From positions 1 to 64,000 of the IMG/VR virus record IMGVR_UViG_2563367173_000002: a DNA stretch of 64,000 nucleotides; one strand, 5' to 3'. Below, piece by piece: positions 9,806 through 19,693 of the stretch (position 1 is the stretch's first letter; each line of letters begins with the position of its first letter). This DNA is from a virus (Duplodnaviria; Caudoviricetes). A program made the translations under genes and the position numbers. The notes beneath the pieces were generated by a model, which saw nothing but the letters and a program-made list of their open reading frames with translations, was not told the DNA's origin and searched no databases.

Positions 9806-9813
9806 ATGTGTAT

Positions 9814-10545
9814 TTATTCCTCCACTTCATCAATAAAAATCAGTTCTTGTGCATATGGCAATGTTCTCGCCCATGAGATAAAATTAGGTTTTGTATTATC
9901 ATCTTGTCCGCTCCACTCGTTCAACTTATGATGGCGTCTCTGTCCTTTACTACACATTGCAAGTAAATTTTCATATGACATAGTTACTGTTCTTGTTTGT
10001 AACCATGATTCAGGTAGCCAACGGATAAGCTCTTTCCAATAGCGAACATCTTTAGTTTCAAGATATTTTAATCTTAAAGATTCACAATATGAAATTAAGG
10101 TTTCTGTGAAATTAAAAGTATATCCTGGCAAACAAGCTATTTCTTTATTGTAATCATCAGTTTCAAAACAATCCAATGTAATAGGAGTAGTTGCCAGTTT
10201 GTGCATTGTACTTGTACTATTCGCAACTGTCCCTACCTTATATGTATCAAACTCTTTCCACCAATAAAGCGGAGCTGTAATATCTACTGATACAAATATT
10301 TGACGCATAAACTTTCTATGCTCTGATCCTGCTTTAATAAGCTGTTGTGCAAGTTTCATATCATTTTTACCAATTATATATTTTTTTTCGTAACCATTAC
10401 ATGCATATTCTGGACAATCATTACAGCGATAATTTAAAATATCACAGCCATAATAGCTGTCTGATTTATCCCAGCTGTTCATGGGATTTCGCATTCCCCT
10501 TAAAGCGTTATCAAAATTCATTACTTCTGTGTTATCAAATTTCAT
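9814..10545 (-). CDS. conserved phage protein, ThyX/Thy1-like
   Basis: HRKFMRQI, APLYWWKEFDTYKVG, STMH, LPESWLQTR; loosely ThyX-like, canonical RHR motif absent. Confidence 0.5.
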   Translation of the reverse strand: MKFDNTEVMNFDNALRGMRNPMNSWDKSDSYYGCDILNYRCNDCPEYACNGYEKKYIIGKNDMKLAQQLIKAGSEHRKFMRQIFVSVDITAPLYWWKEFDTYKVGTVANSTSTMHKLATTPITLDCFETDDYNKEIACLPGYTFNFTETLISYCESLRLKYLETKDVRYWKELIRWLPESWLQTRTVTMSYENLLAMCSKGQRRHHKLNEWSGQDDNTKPNFISWARTLPYAQELIFIDEVEE

Positions 10546-10573
10546 TTTGTATATTCCAACCTTTCAATTTATT

Positions 10574-10849
10574 TTATTTATATTTATCTTTAATCGCTGC
10601 TATCTTTTTAAATAATTCATCAACTACTTTCCGATTATTTGTATGTGGAATAACATCTACATCATTACCAAGCATTGATGTTATTCCAAGAATACTTGAT
10701 GCATCTAAAACACATCTTCCTCTAACAATGTCAATATCAAATTCTTTCGTATATGGTGTACATATTTCGCATAATTTATTTGCAAATTCTGGGGTACTTA
10801 TGTGAACTCTTTTCTTAATATCATAATCTCTTGTTAAGTTCTTGTTCAT
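10574..10849 (-). CDS. HPr-family phosphocarrier-like protein
   Basis: VLDASSILGITS matches the HPr Ser46 region; no His15 motif. Confidence 0.65.
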   Translation of the reverse strand: MNKNLTRDYDIKKRVHISTPEFANKLCEICTPYTKEFDIDIVRGRCVLDASSILGITSMLGNDVDVIPHTNNRKVVDELFKKIAAIKDKYK

Positions 10850-10961
10850 TTATAATTAAAACTCCTTTTTATTATTTTCTTGTTATTCATATTGAGGAAA
10901 ATATTTATGACTGTGTGTATGTTATAATTTTTTATATTAAATACGCCAATATTTAATATAT

Positions 10962-12977
10962 TTATGATATCAATTGAATAAAATCTTCTTCTGAAATAAT
11001 AGGTATATTTAATTGTTTTGCTTTTGCATTTTTCCCAGACGTACTTGTAATATTATTGTTTATTAGGTATGAGGTCTTTGATGATACTGACCCTGATACT
11101 TTACCACCAAACTGTTCAATAACACTTATTAGATCATTGCGATTTTTATAATGGTTGAGTGACCCTGTAATAACAAATACCATGTTTGTTAGAATTAAAT
11201 TGTTGGTTATATTATCTTGTTTTCTTATATTAGATTCTATATTAAACTCTTTTGAAAGTTCCATTATTTCGTTTTTCTTTTGAGAAATATAGTCATTTAA
11301 TGATTTACACATTATTTCTCCAAGGCCGTTCAGATCATTAGCATTAAATGTTCCATAGTTATAAAACACGTAAATGTCATCTAATAAATCTCTAATGGCA
11401 ATTTTTCTGCAAAAGGATGATATGGTTTTGCTTGCAGTTCTTCCAATCAAAGGAATACATAATCCATATATGAATCTATCCAATGTAGTATTTCTACTTT
11501 TCTCAATGCTTTCTAATAGTTTATCTACAGACTTTTTTCCAAACCCATTAATTTTGTACATTTCTTCTTTGTGTTCCGATAAATAATAAATATCTTTGAA
11601 TGAACTCAGCCACCCTAAATCAATAAACTTTTGTAGTGTTTGATCCGATAGTCCTTCTATGCCAATTGCATTTTTACTTACAAAATGTGATAACTTACCT
11701 AACAATTTTCCTTTACAGTTTGGATTTGTACAAACAAGAACATCTGTATCATTATCTTTAATAATGCTTGTATCAGAATGACAAAATGGACAAAGATTTA
11801 ATGGAGTAATTATATTACTGTTTGTAATTTCAGTATCATCTTCTTCTACAGAATCAATTTGTGGTATTACGGTATTTGCTTTATAGACATTTACTATCTG
11901 CCCTTTATGGGTTATTCCAAGTTTGTTCATAATGGAAATATTGTGTAATGAAGCTCTCTCAATTATACTACCATCTATATCTACGGGTTCGAAAACAGCA
12001 GTAGGAGTAAGAACGCCTGTTTTACCCATCGTAAATTCTACATCTAATAATTTCGTTTGATAAATATCGTCATAAAATTTATATGATAAAGAATGTTTTG
12101 GATGGTGTTCAGTTATTCCTAAAGATTTTCCATATTGAATATCATTATATGATATTACAAGACCATCAATAGGAAAGTTTTTTTTACTAGCGACTTCTTT
12201 TAATTTTTCAATGTAATATTCTAAATTTTTTGTTTTTTTAGGAATGTAAGAATATGGTACTATCTCAAAACCGAGTTCCTCTGCATCCTGAAATCCGGAA
12301 AGCATAAAATCTTTTTCTGTAGGTACTTTCCATGCAATAAATTTAATATGTCTTTTTTTAGCTATACCACTATCTAACTGTCTAACCGATCCGCTTACTA
12401 AATTTCGCGGATTAGAATATTTTTTATCTGGTGGAAGTTCTTTGTTTATTTTTTCAAAATCATCATATGTAATTATTGCTTCTCCTTCAATTTCTAGTTC
12501 TTTAGTGTAATCAATATGTAATGGTATATTTTCAAAAACTTTTGCATTATGAGTTACATCTTCACCAATCTCTCCATTACCTCTAGTTTCTGCTTTAATT
12601 AGTTCTCCGTTTTTATATGATAGTAAAATACTAAGTCCATCCATTTTACACATAAGCAAACAATCTTTATCATCAGAGAATTTTTTCAAGTCAGATAGTG
12701 ATTTTGTCTTATCTAGTGAAAGCATAAGATGACTATGTTTTACTTTTTTTAGTTCGGATTTTACTTCATATCCAACTGTATGAGTTGGTGAATTAGTCAT
12801 AATGATATTTGTTTCTTCTTCTAATCGCTTTAGTTCATCAAATAGATTATCATATTCCCAATTGGATATTTTTGATATAGAGTTATTATAATATAAATCT
12901 CTACACTGATTCAGCTGTCTAATTAATTCTTTTATCCTTTTTAATTTATCCAATAACATTCTCCTTACAATTTGCAA
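10962..12977 (-). CDS. ligA: NAD-dependent DNA ligase
   Basis: MLSLDK, KMDG, TRGNG, NPRN, DGLV, Cys4 Zn finger, HhH repeats and BRCT (FVITG..GGKVSGSVS). Confidence 0.95.
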   Translation of the reverse strand: MQIVRRMLLDKLKRIKELIRQLNQCRDLYYNNSISKISNWEYDNLFDELKRLEEETNIIMTNSPTHTVGYEVKSELKKVKHSHLMLSLDKTKSLSDLKKFSDDKDCLLMCKMDGLSILLSYKNGELIKAETRGNGEIGEDVTHNAKVFENIPLHIDYTKELEIEGEAIITYDDFEKINKELPPDKKYSNPRNLVSGSVRQLDSGIAKKRHIKFIAWKVPTEKDFMLSGFQDAEELGFEIVPYSYIPKKTKNLEYYIEKLKEVASKKNFPIDGLVISYNDIQYGKSLGITEHHPKHSLSYKFYDDIYQTKLLDVEFTMGKTGVLTPTAVFEPVDIDGSIIERASLHNISIMNKLGITHKGQIVNVYKANTVIPQIDSVEEDDTEITNSNIITPLNLCPFCHSDTSIIKDNDTDVLVCTNPNCKGKLLGKLSHFVSKNAIGIEGLSDQTLQKFIDLGWLSSFKDIYYLSEHKEEMYKINGFGKKSVDKLLESIEKSRNTTLDRFIYGLCIPLIGRTASKTISSFCRKIAIRDLLDDIYVFYNYGTFNANDLNGLGEIMCKSLNDYISQKKNEIMELSKEFNIESNIRKQDNITNNLILTNMVFVITGSLNHYKNRNDLISVIEQFGGKVSGSVSSKTSYLINNNITSTSGKNAKAKQLNIPIISEEDFIQLIS

Positions 12978-13203
12978 TATTGCTATTTTTACAATCAGAT
13001 ATAAATAAAGAAATATTTTGTATATCGTTCAAATTGAGTATTATTTTGTTACAATCGGAAATGTTAAGAGTAATTTCTTTACAATCAACAATATTTCCTG
13101 TAAATTTTTTACAATCAATGATATTAGAAGTTGTTTGTTTACATTCAACAAAATTAATAGTCTTTTTTTCTAAATTATTTAATAACATAAAATGTTCCTC
13201 CAT
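12946..13203 (-). CDS. small protein with 10-residue N-I-x-D-C-K repeats
   Basis: NFVECK/NIIDCK/NIVDCK/NISDCN/NLNDIQ/FISDCK/NIANCK. Confidence 0.55.
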   Translation of the reverse strand: MEEHFMLLNNLEKKTINFVECKQTTSNIIDCKKFTGNIVDCKEITLNISDCNKIILNLNDIQNISLFISDCKNSNIANCKENVIG

Positions 13204-13215
13204 TTAATATGAATA

Positions 13216-13779
13216 CTAATTGTTACTTAGGCAACGATAATATTCAACTGTCATCAATTCATTTCTTATAGTATCATACATTTTATGTAATTTTGGATTT
13301 ACCCATCTCATCCACTCCCTTCTGTTGTTATTTACCATCAGTATTCTTAACATTGTTGCTGATATAGGAAGATCGTCTCTATTAATAATAAGTTCTGTAG
13401 TATTTTTTAAATCTTTTTTATCAAACCAATTACTTCTGCTTTCATCATTTCCGTAGATCATTACTTCTGGATTTTTGTAAATATATCTATCAACATTATC
13501 TAATAAATATTTACCCCATTCAGGACATATATCATTTTCATTAGTCATGTCTGATAGTCCATATATCATAATATTAGGATTATCACCATACACGGTTTTA
13601 AGCATATTAGTTCTTGTATTTATATTTAATGGATTACGTTCTGTTCCGTATTCTTGTGCACTACCAATTAAGATCAGAACTCTATCACATAACATTAAAC
13701 TTGTATTTATTAGTTTTTCATGTCCTTTATGAAATGTTTGAAATCTTCCACATATCAATCCTACATCATATGGTTTCAT
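13216..13779 (-). CDS. NMN adenylyltransferase (NadM/NadR-like cytidylyltransferase family)
   Basis: GRFQTFHKGH (HxGH), IGSAQ, NP, ISAT motifs. Confidence 0.85.
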   Translation of the reverse strand: MKPYDVGLICGRFQTFHKGHEKLINTSLMLCDRVLILIGSAQEYGTERNPLNINTRTNMLKTVYGDNPNIMIYGLSDMTNENDICPEWGKYLLDNVDRYIYKNPEVMIYGNDESRSNWFDKKDLKNTTELIINRDDLPISATMLRILMVNNNRREWMRWVNPKLHKMYDTIRNELMTVEYYRCLSNN

Positions 13780-13828
13780 TTATTGTCCTTTCATATATCA
13801 AAATTCTTTGGATTTAAGAATTTACTTA

Positions 13829-14173
13829 TTATAGTTTATTATTTACAAAAAATTCTGTTGCATTTACCATTGAACCATCATTCTTCGCTTCCCATTCAAG
13901 AAGTTTTTCCTTACCAAATTTTGTCCAATGCTCTTTATTCTTAATATCAATATTACCCTTTTGTAAAGTTCCTGAATTGTCATAGAATGCAACTCCTTCG
14001 CAACAATCAGAACAACATACATGATTTTCAAAATATGAAAATTCAGGTTTAAAACAAATGCTTATTTTTTCACATTTTTCTTCTCTATATTTATTTATGA
14101 TAGCGTGCCAATAATTGTTGCCACAAGCTGTATTATCAAGCTTTCCACACTTTTCACATATAAAAGTACTCAT
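13829..14173 (-). CDS. hypothetical protein with Cys pairs
   Basis: FICEKCG..DNTAC..CSDC; AAAGGA RBS. Confidence 0.65.
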   Translation of the reverse strand: MSTFICEKCGKLDNTACGNNYWHAIINKYREEKCEKISICFKPEFSYFENHVCCSDCCEGVAFYDNSGTLQKGNIDIKNKEHWTKFGKEKLLEWEAKNDGSMVNATEFFVNNKL

Positions 14174-14195
14174 ATAATATAGTATCCTTTCTAAA

Positions 14196-14231
14196 AAAGG
14201 GTAATATTATCTTTATTTAATATTACCCTTT
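14196..14231. terminator. bidirectional intrinsic terminator-like hairpin
   Basis: aagggtaatatta-tctttatt-taatattaccctt with A/T tails. Confidence 0.6.
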
Positions 14232-14253
14232 ATTTTTGCTGAAGATATATTCT

Positions 14254-14439
14254 TTAAATGCTATTTACGATTGGTTCCGCTAATCCTATAATGATATCAT
14301 GTTTTAGTTCTTCTTCTATTATTTGTGCTAATTTATCTTCTATTTCTAATACTTTATCAATATAAATTCCTTTATCTTTTTTGTTAAATTCTATGGAAAA
14401 AGTAAGTTTTACACCTTTGATAGTTTCATCCATTATCAT
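14254..14439 (-). CDS. hypothetical protein
   Basis: AGGAG RBS, operon orientation. Confidence 0.55.
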   Translation of the reverse strand: MIMDETIKGVKLTFSIEFNKKDKGIYIDKVLEIEDKLAQIIEEELKHDIIIGLAEPIVNSI

Positions 14440-14730
14440 TATTATTTACTCCTATTTTTAAAACATTGCTTTTCCTTATAAACAATAATCTCATCATTTC
14501 TTAACAAGCTGCCAGCATAAGAATGAATATAATTCGCAGCATGACACAGTTTCTGTAATTATTTATAATTTAAATAATAATACTGACTAAAAAATAAATG
14601 AACATCATATTACATTCATAAGCAACTTTCGTCAAAACCTTAAAATTGTATTTAAGACTTTGATACTATATCATTTATAACAACAACTTTGACGATAACT
14701 TTTCTTCTAACCACTTTATTTCATGATCTG

Positions 14731-15216
14731 TTACACCATCATAAATGTATGTATCACAATCTTCATTATCTGTATCATTCCATTACCATAACATTTATTT
14801 ATCCTCCAATATATTTTTTTTAACGTTGACAGCTTTTTCATAAGCTTGATTTCATATTGCTTGATTTCCTCTGGATTATCATCTGTCATAAAATAAATCC
14901 AACCATATAAATTATTTTCTATATCTTCAACAAGTTCTTTCTCTATATTCTCTATATTCATCTCTGATAAATCATATAAGATGATTCTTTCTTTCTCCTC
15001 AATAATAAATAGCGAATAAGGGGTTATTACCAGTGAGAATTCAGTCCCTTCTTCATCAAACCAAGCAACTCCACAGCCTTTATTATGATAATCTATAAAG
15101 GCAACGAGTAAATCTAGTGGAACATCGGTCAAATAACTTGGTGTACCTTCAAATGTTCCTAGATTGAAATTACACCAGCCATGCTTAGGATTTGAAATCA
15201 TACAATTCCTCCTCAA
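14731..15216 (-). CDS. hypothetical protein (C-terminus may be frameshifted)
   Basis: GAGGAGG upstream of the ATG at MISNPK; A-run near 14815. Confidence 0.6.
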   Translation of the reverse strand: MRRNCMISNPKHGWCNFNLGTFEGTPSYLTDVPLDLLVAFIDYHNKGCGVAWFDEEGTEFSLVITPYSLFIIEEKERIILYDLSEMNIENIEKELVEDIENNLYGWIYFMTDDNPEEIKQYEIKLMKKLSTLKKIYWRINKCYGNGMIQIMKIVIHTFMMV

Positions 15217-15325
15217 AGATCTCTTTTACTTTCTGAGCAAATTCATTGCCAATATTTTCAGATACAATTCTTAGAACATCTGACAAGTCTTTGACTTGTT
15301 CCCAGTTTCCGTTTATCATTATCAT
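15185..15325 (-). CDS. 46-aa hypothetical protein (not in ORF track)
   Basis: MIMINGNWEQVKDLSDVLRIVSENIGNEFAQKVKEIFEEELYDFKS*. Confidence 0.5.
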   Translation of the reverse strand: MIMINGNWEQVKDLSDVLRIVSENIGNEFAQKVKEIFEEELYDFKS

Positions 15326-15334
15326 AAAAATTAC

Positions 15335-15815
15335 CTAACCTTGTTCGTCAAACATTTTTGCTGTATTTATAAAAATCTGCTTTAATTGGTCATCGTAACC
15401 GAATCTTCTTGCATTAGTTTCAATACTTTTTAGAAGATTACCATCATTGTGTCTAAGTGTAGCTGCTTTCCAATCACAAATCATTTCTACAATATCCACC
15501 AAATTCATATCGTTAATACCTTTTTCAAAATGTTCTGGATGGTGTCTATAGTTAGCATAATGATGTTGTAGAGCTACATTCATTTTTTTTGAGAAATTCA
15601 TTATACGTTTCGCTGCTATATGTAGATTCTGCTAACTTTGGAGTATATTCTGTGAAAATTTCTACCTCTGGTGACTCCAACTTCAATCTGTCATGTTCCA
15701 CTCCTCTTGTAATCAGTTTGTCCGAAAATGATCTGATATACTTTCTTACATTTTCAATATGCTTAATAGTTTCTACCTGACACTCAGCTATTGTTATTGT
15801 TCTATTTTCTTCCAT
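15335..15815 (-). pseudogene. DUF5662-like (HD-related) protein split by a +1 frameshift in an A8 run
   Basis: HI..V..HD..KL..E half and ALQHHY..RHHPEH..EMICDW half join if 15583-15590 is A7. Confidence 0.7.
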
Positions 15816-15854
15816 AAGTTTCTCCTTTTTTATTTTCTTAAAATGAGCGTTTCG

Positions 15855-16208
15855 TGTGGTTTCAATCGACTTTCTGATCAAGTTATAACCAGACTACTTA
15901 GAAGTCTCACGTACCCATTTACTACATTTAATTAGATACTTATAATCCTCTTTTGAACACTTCACAGGAATAATCATAGTTTTATAAAAGTATCCATAAT
16001 CTAATCCTGGCAATGACACATCGTATATATTGGTTATAAGAAAATGCCTTTTATCTGGTTGTTCGAATTCAAAATATCTTTCAAATTCTTCTAATAATTC
16101 TACTTTTTTATTCTGTGCAGTTTCGCATATAATACAAAGTAGATTACATAAATCTTTATATGTATAAAGTTGTCCAATTACTATGTTTTCTGTTTTCATA
16201 TTTTTCAA
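15855..16208 (-). mobile_element. internally deleted tnpB-like element
   Basis: ORF ends YKTMIIPVKCSKEDYKYLIKCSKW (TnpB-like N-terminus), then jumps to a short tail ending GATTGAAACC. Confidence 0.45.
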
Positions 16209-16227
16209 TCCAATGTTCTGAATTTAA

Positions 16228-16524
16228 TCATTTTTTCTCCAGAAACTTAGCTAACATTTCATCATAATAATCAATTTTTTCTTTAATATGATCTACTATC
16301 ACATCCTCAAACTGCTTCATAGCATCTTCTATTGACTTTGCAAATTCTTCATCATGTTCTACATTCAATAAGTCTGATACATAAATATAATTCTCCGAAT
16401 CTTCTTTGTCTTGAATGAATTTGAGAATTATTTCATCATCATAGAATTGAGTAAAATGCAGTTCGTAGACATCATCATTTAACAACCAGTATCTATTTTC
16501 ATATACTCTTATTTTATTGCTCAT
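16228..16524 (-). CDS. hypothetical protein
   Basis: GAGG RBS, overlaps the upstream stop. Confidence 0.65.
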   Translation of the reverse strand: MSNKIRVYENRYWLLNDDVYELHFTQFYDDEIILKFIQDKEDSENYIYVSDLLNVEHDEEFAKSIEDAMKQFEDVIVDHIKEKIDYYDEMLAKFLEKK

Positions 16525-16879
16525 GTTTTACCTCTCCTGTCCTGATTGTATATAAAATGGAACTAAGCAACATTTCAATCATATCAAAGTCTCCGCTCAA
16601 AGCACTACCTGTTGTCTTAACCTCATATTTCCAATCTGATTGATTATCTGTTGGAACTACAGGTCTATCTATATACGTAACTGTACCTTTGGGAACTGTT
16701 ATACTTCTGTATTCATCATAGCAATCTTCCTTTAAGACTTTGAGCCAATCTTGGTATCCTTTATTACAGTTACCTTGTTTTACTTTTCCTCTATATACAG
16801 TAAAATATTTTTTATTTTCATATTTGATAGGAACAAATTTGTTCACTGCTAAGAGTACGTCATCTGTTATTCTATACAA
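16514..16879 (-). CDS. hypothetical protein
   Basis: Operon orientation; true start may be further upstream near the GGAGGTGG at about 16925. Confidence 0.6.
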   Translation of the reverse strand: MYRITDDVLLAVNKFVPIKYENKKYFTVYRGKVKQGNCNKGYQDWLKVLKEDCYDEYRSITVPKGTVTYIDRPVVPTDNQSDWKYEVKTTGSALSGDFDMIEMLLSSILYTIRTGEVKHEQ

Positions 16880-16933
16880 ATCCTGATGATCTGTTTCACC
16901 AAAAGTTCTAAATTTATGACCACCTCCATTGCC

Positions 16934-17716
16934 TTATTCCATATCAATTTTTATACTATTTGAAATTGAAGGAATATAAATATCATATATGTAATATTCA
17001 TCATACTTATCATGTCCTTTTTCACAGATATATGATTTATAATACCTATGAAAAATAATTCTTGGCTCTCCACTATCTCCTATCTCATAAATATTCACAT
17101 TGTTTTCATTGTATGGAATACTTCTTATAACCACTTTTTCATTATCAATAAACGCATAGTATAGATTGTAGTTTGTTTCTATTTTTCCATGAATCCATCC
17201 TGCACCAAGATGACTTTTCCCATATATTTCTCCAGAAGTTTCACGTCCATCTCCCATTGCATGTAAATAAATTGTATTTTGTTCCTCTTGATATGCTAAT
17301 GTATTAAATATCTTATCATCCTTATTTTCATGTATCATCGAAACTTCAATCATGCAAAAAACAACAAAACATACAATAAGTACTATTGTATGTGCAATAG
17401 GTATTCCTTCTTCAAAAACTCCAAATAATAAGCCTAAAAATACCGTAAAAACAATGTATACAATTGATAAAAACATAAATATTGTATATGATCTACATTC
17501 ATCCTTAAATGAATTATCAAAAATCCAAACTCCCAAGTTTTTCTTTATTATTATCAAATAAACAAATTCAATAATGTAATCAACAAACAATAAAACCGAA
17601 AACAATCCTATTTCTTGTTTTAAATTATCAAACCAATTAAGATTGAAATGGCTTATTAAAAAACAAATAAATTCAAAAATGATTGGCATGAATATAAAAA
17701 ACATCAATCTTCCCAT
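16934..17716 (-). CDS. multi-pass membrane protein
   Basis: Four hydrophobic segments in the N-terminal half; GAGG RBS. Confidence 0.7.
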   Translation of the reverse strand: MGRLMFFIFMPIIFEFICFLISHFNLNWFDNLKQEIGLFSVLLFVDYIIEFVYLIIIKKNLGVWIFDNSFKDECRSYTIFMFLSIVYIVFTVFLGLLFGVFEEGIPIAHTIVLIVCFVVFCMIEVSMIHENKDDKIFNTLAYQEEQNTIYLHAMGDGRETSGEIYGKSHLGAGWIHGKIETNYNLYYAFIDNEKVVIRSIPYNENNVNIYEIGDSGEPRIIFHRYYKSYICEKGHDKYDEYYIYDIYIPSISNSIKIDME

Positions 17717-17790
17717 TATCTACCTCTCTTTCTTTTTTTTTGCGTTAAAACCTATCTTCTATTGGGTTTTTAAAATCCATTTACCATAAA

Positions 17791-18999
17791 TCATGCTGCT
17801 TTCACAACATTTATAATGATAGGCGTTAGATCCACCTCTATTCCATATCCTGTATAGGAATCTGGAAATACCTTTCTCATAATTTGTAAACTTCCATTGA
17901 CATCTGCGTTAATTAACATATCTTCTGCTTGGAATAATCCTCTTGTGATCCTCCGCTTTTTATTATAATTCTCTTTTGTTGGTACTTCGTCATCCAGATA
18001 ACTTGTACCAGATGTATATGCTTCATTTACTTCTACATATTTAATTCCTGCATTTTCACATTTATATTTCAGTTGTTCTAATAACATTTCATAGGGAATA
18101 AATGTGAAGTTCTGCATATTCTTTTTCCCTTGTTTCCAAGTATCATTTTTGCCCACAACAAGAGTATCTATATTGTTTTCTTTGCACCACTTCATAACAA
18201 AAGCCGATGTGTTATGCATATAATTCTTTACTCTGCAAAATCTTTTGAATGTTAAAGAATCGAGACGTTTACTCCAATTCTTCTTATTTATTTTCATCAT
18301 TTCAGATTGTAATTTTGCTCTTTGCTTATTATATTGCTGATTGATGGACTTCAAAATCTTACCATTAACAATAATTGGTCTTTTACCGATATTGTTTGAC
18401 ATTGTTATAAGATTATCAACTCCTATATCAATAGCAGCTATGTGGTTGCTCTCAGATGGTTGATCTGGAACTTCTATTTCATATACTATTTCCATAACAT
18501 AGCAAGTTCCCTTTGGAATAAATCGTACTTGTATTGGTCTACCGAAACATCTACATTTCCAATCAAAATCATTTAATAGCCTATTTCTTATGTAAATACT
18601 AGATTTTTCGTAATCATAAACAAGCTGATTGTTTGGAATCATCCACGGAAATCTACCGTCTTTAGGGAGATACTTTGGGAATTTTGGCATACCTAAATAT
18701 TTATTAGGATGCTCTTTCCAATCTTCTATTGCTCTGAAATATGATTTCCAGTTTTTATCAAGCAGTCGTAACGTACAATTAGCTGGCTGACTAAAACATA
18801 ATTTATAATTTTCATGTGTTTTAAACTCAAAATTCATTTTGTTATATGATATATATTCTCCATTTAAAATAAACTCTTGACGAATCACATAATTTGCTTC
18901 ATTATATAAATTCTTGGCGCGAAAACACATTTCATCAATTATTTTGAATTTGGGATGATCTCTTTTAATTACTTTTTGTTCTGACCTTTGTACTTTCGT
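17791..18999 (-). mobile_element. tnpB: IS200/IS605-family TnpB RNA-guided nuclease, standalone (no tnpA)
   Basis: KNLYNEANY, RuvC AIDIGVDN, VNEAYTS, INADVNG; frame is open to an ACG at 18999 after a GAGGTGG RBS. Confidence 0.9.
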
Positions 19000-19056
19000 T
19001 CTATAACCACCTCACATCCCTAATTTGTATCTAGTATTATTTCTTACATTCCTCAC

Positions 19057-19377
19057 CTACTTCGTAATTCCAATTCCATTCAGAATCACATTCGTAATAA
19101 CATCTTTAGTAAATTCCACATTTTCAGAAGTTCCACCATATCGCAACATGCCAGAAACTTTGATGATATCTTCATCTCCATCTTTTACAAGTTGTACATC
19201 CTGTGCCACACCTACTACTGTTCGTGTACCATCATCATGAATAATTTCAATTGGTATATCAGCCGCTTTTTTCACAGCTTCTTCCCAAACTTTTTTTGTA
19301 TAAATATATCCATTTTTATCTGGTTGTCTAAAATGTACTGGAATATTAAATGTCACTTTTACGTTTTCTACTCTCAT
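19057..19377 (-). CDS. hypothetical protein
   Basis: ATGA-coupled ORF with RBS. Confidence 0.65.
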   Translation of the reverse strand: MRVENVKVTFNIPVHFRQPDKNGYIYTKKVWEEAVKKAADIPIEIIHDDGTRTVVGVAQDVQLVKDGDEDIIKVSGMLRYGGTSENVEFTKDVITNVILNGIGITK

Positions 19378-19691
19378 AAACTTCTCCCTCTTGGATATAA
19401 ATTGATATTAGTTTTACTCCAATCGATCGCCTGTCCACATCTTTCACAGTAATTTGGTTTATTACCCATTCGATGACCATCAGAATATTTTGTTAAAAAT
19501 ATATATCCGCACTTACATTTATAATGTGTTTTCTCATCACAGCTGTCTTCAATTGGTTTCATCCCAACATCCATTTCCATACTTTCTATGACATCAAGTA
19601 AGGCATTATATAAATGCTCATTACAAATATTTCTACCTGCGTTACCCATAAAATTCTTTATCGTACTGATACTTCCAAGAATGTTTCTCAT
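19374..19691 (-). CDS. Zn-ribbon hypothetical protein
   Basis: YKCKCG..YCERCGQAIDW. Confidence 0.7.
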   Translation of the reverse strand: MRNILGSISTIKNFMGNAGRNICNEHLYNALLDVIESMEMDVGMKPIEDSCDEKTHYKCKCGYIFLTKYSDGHRMGNKPNYCERCGQAIDWSKTNINLYPRGRSL

Positions 19692-19693
19692 AA

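Noticed and set aside
8267-14474. Weak palindrome-like matches at 8267 and 14459 (also 16212 and 32918)
   Set aside because: Too degenerate to separate from AT-rich background, so not counted.
15855-15870. GATTGAAAC resembling a CRISPR repeat 3' end
   Set aside because: Single copy, no repeat-spacer periodicity, no cas genes.
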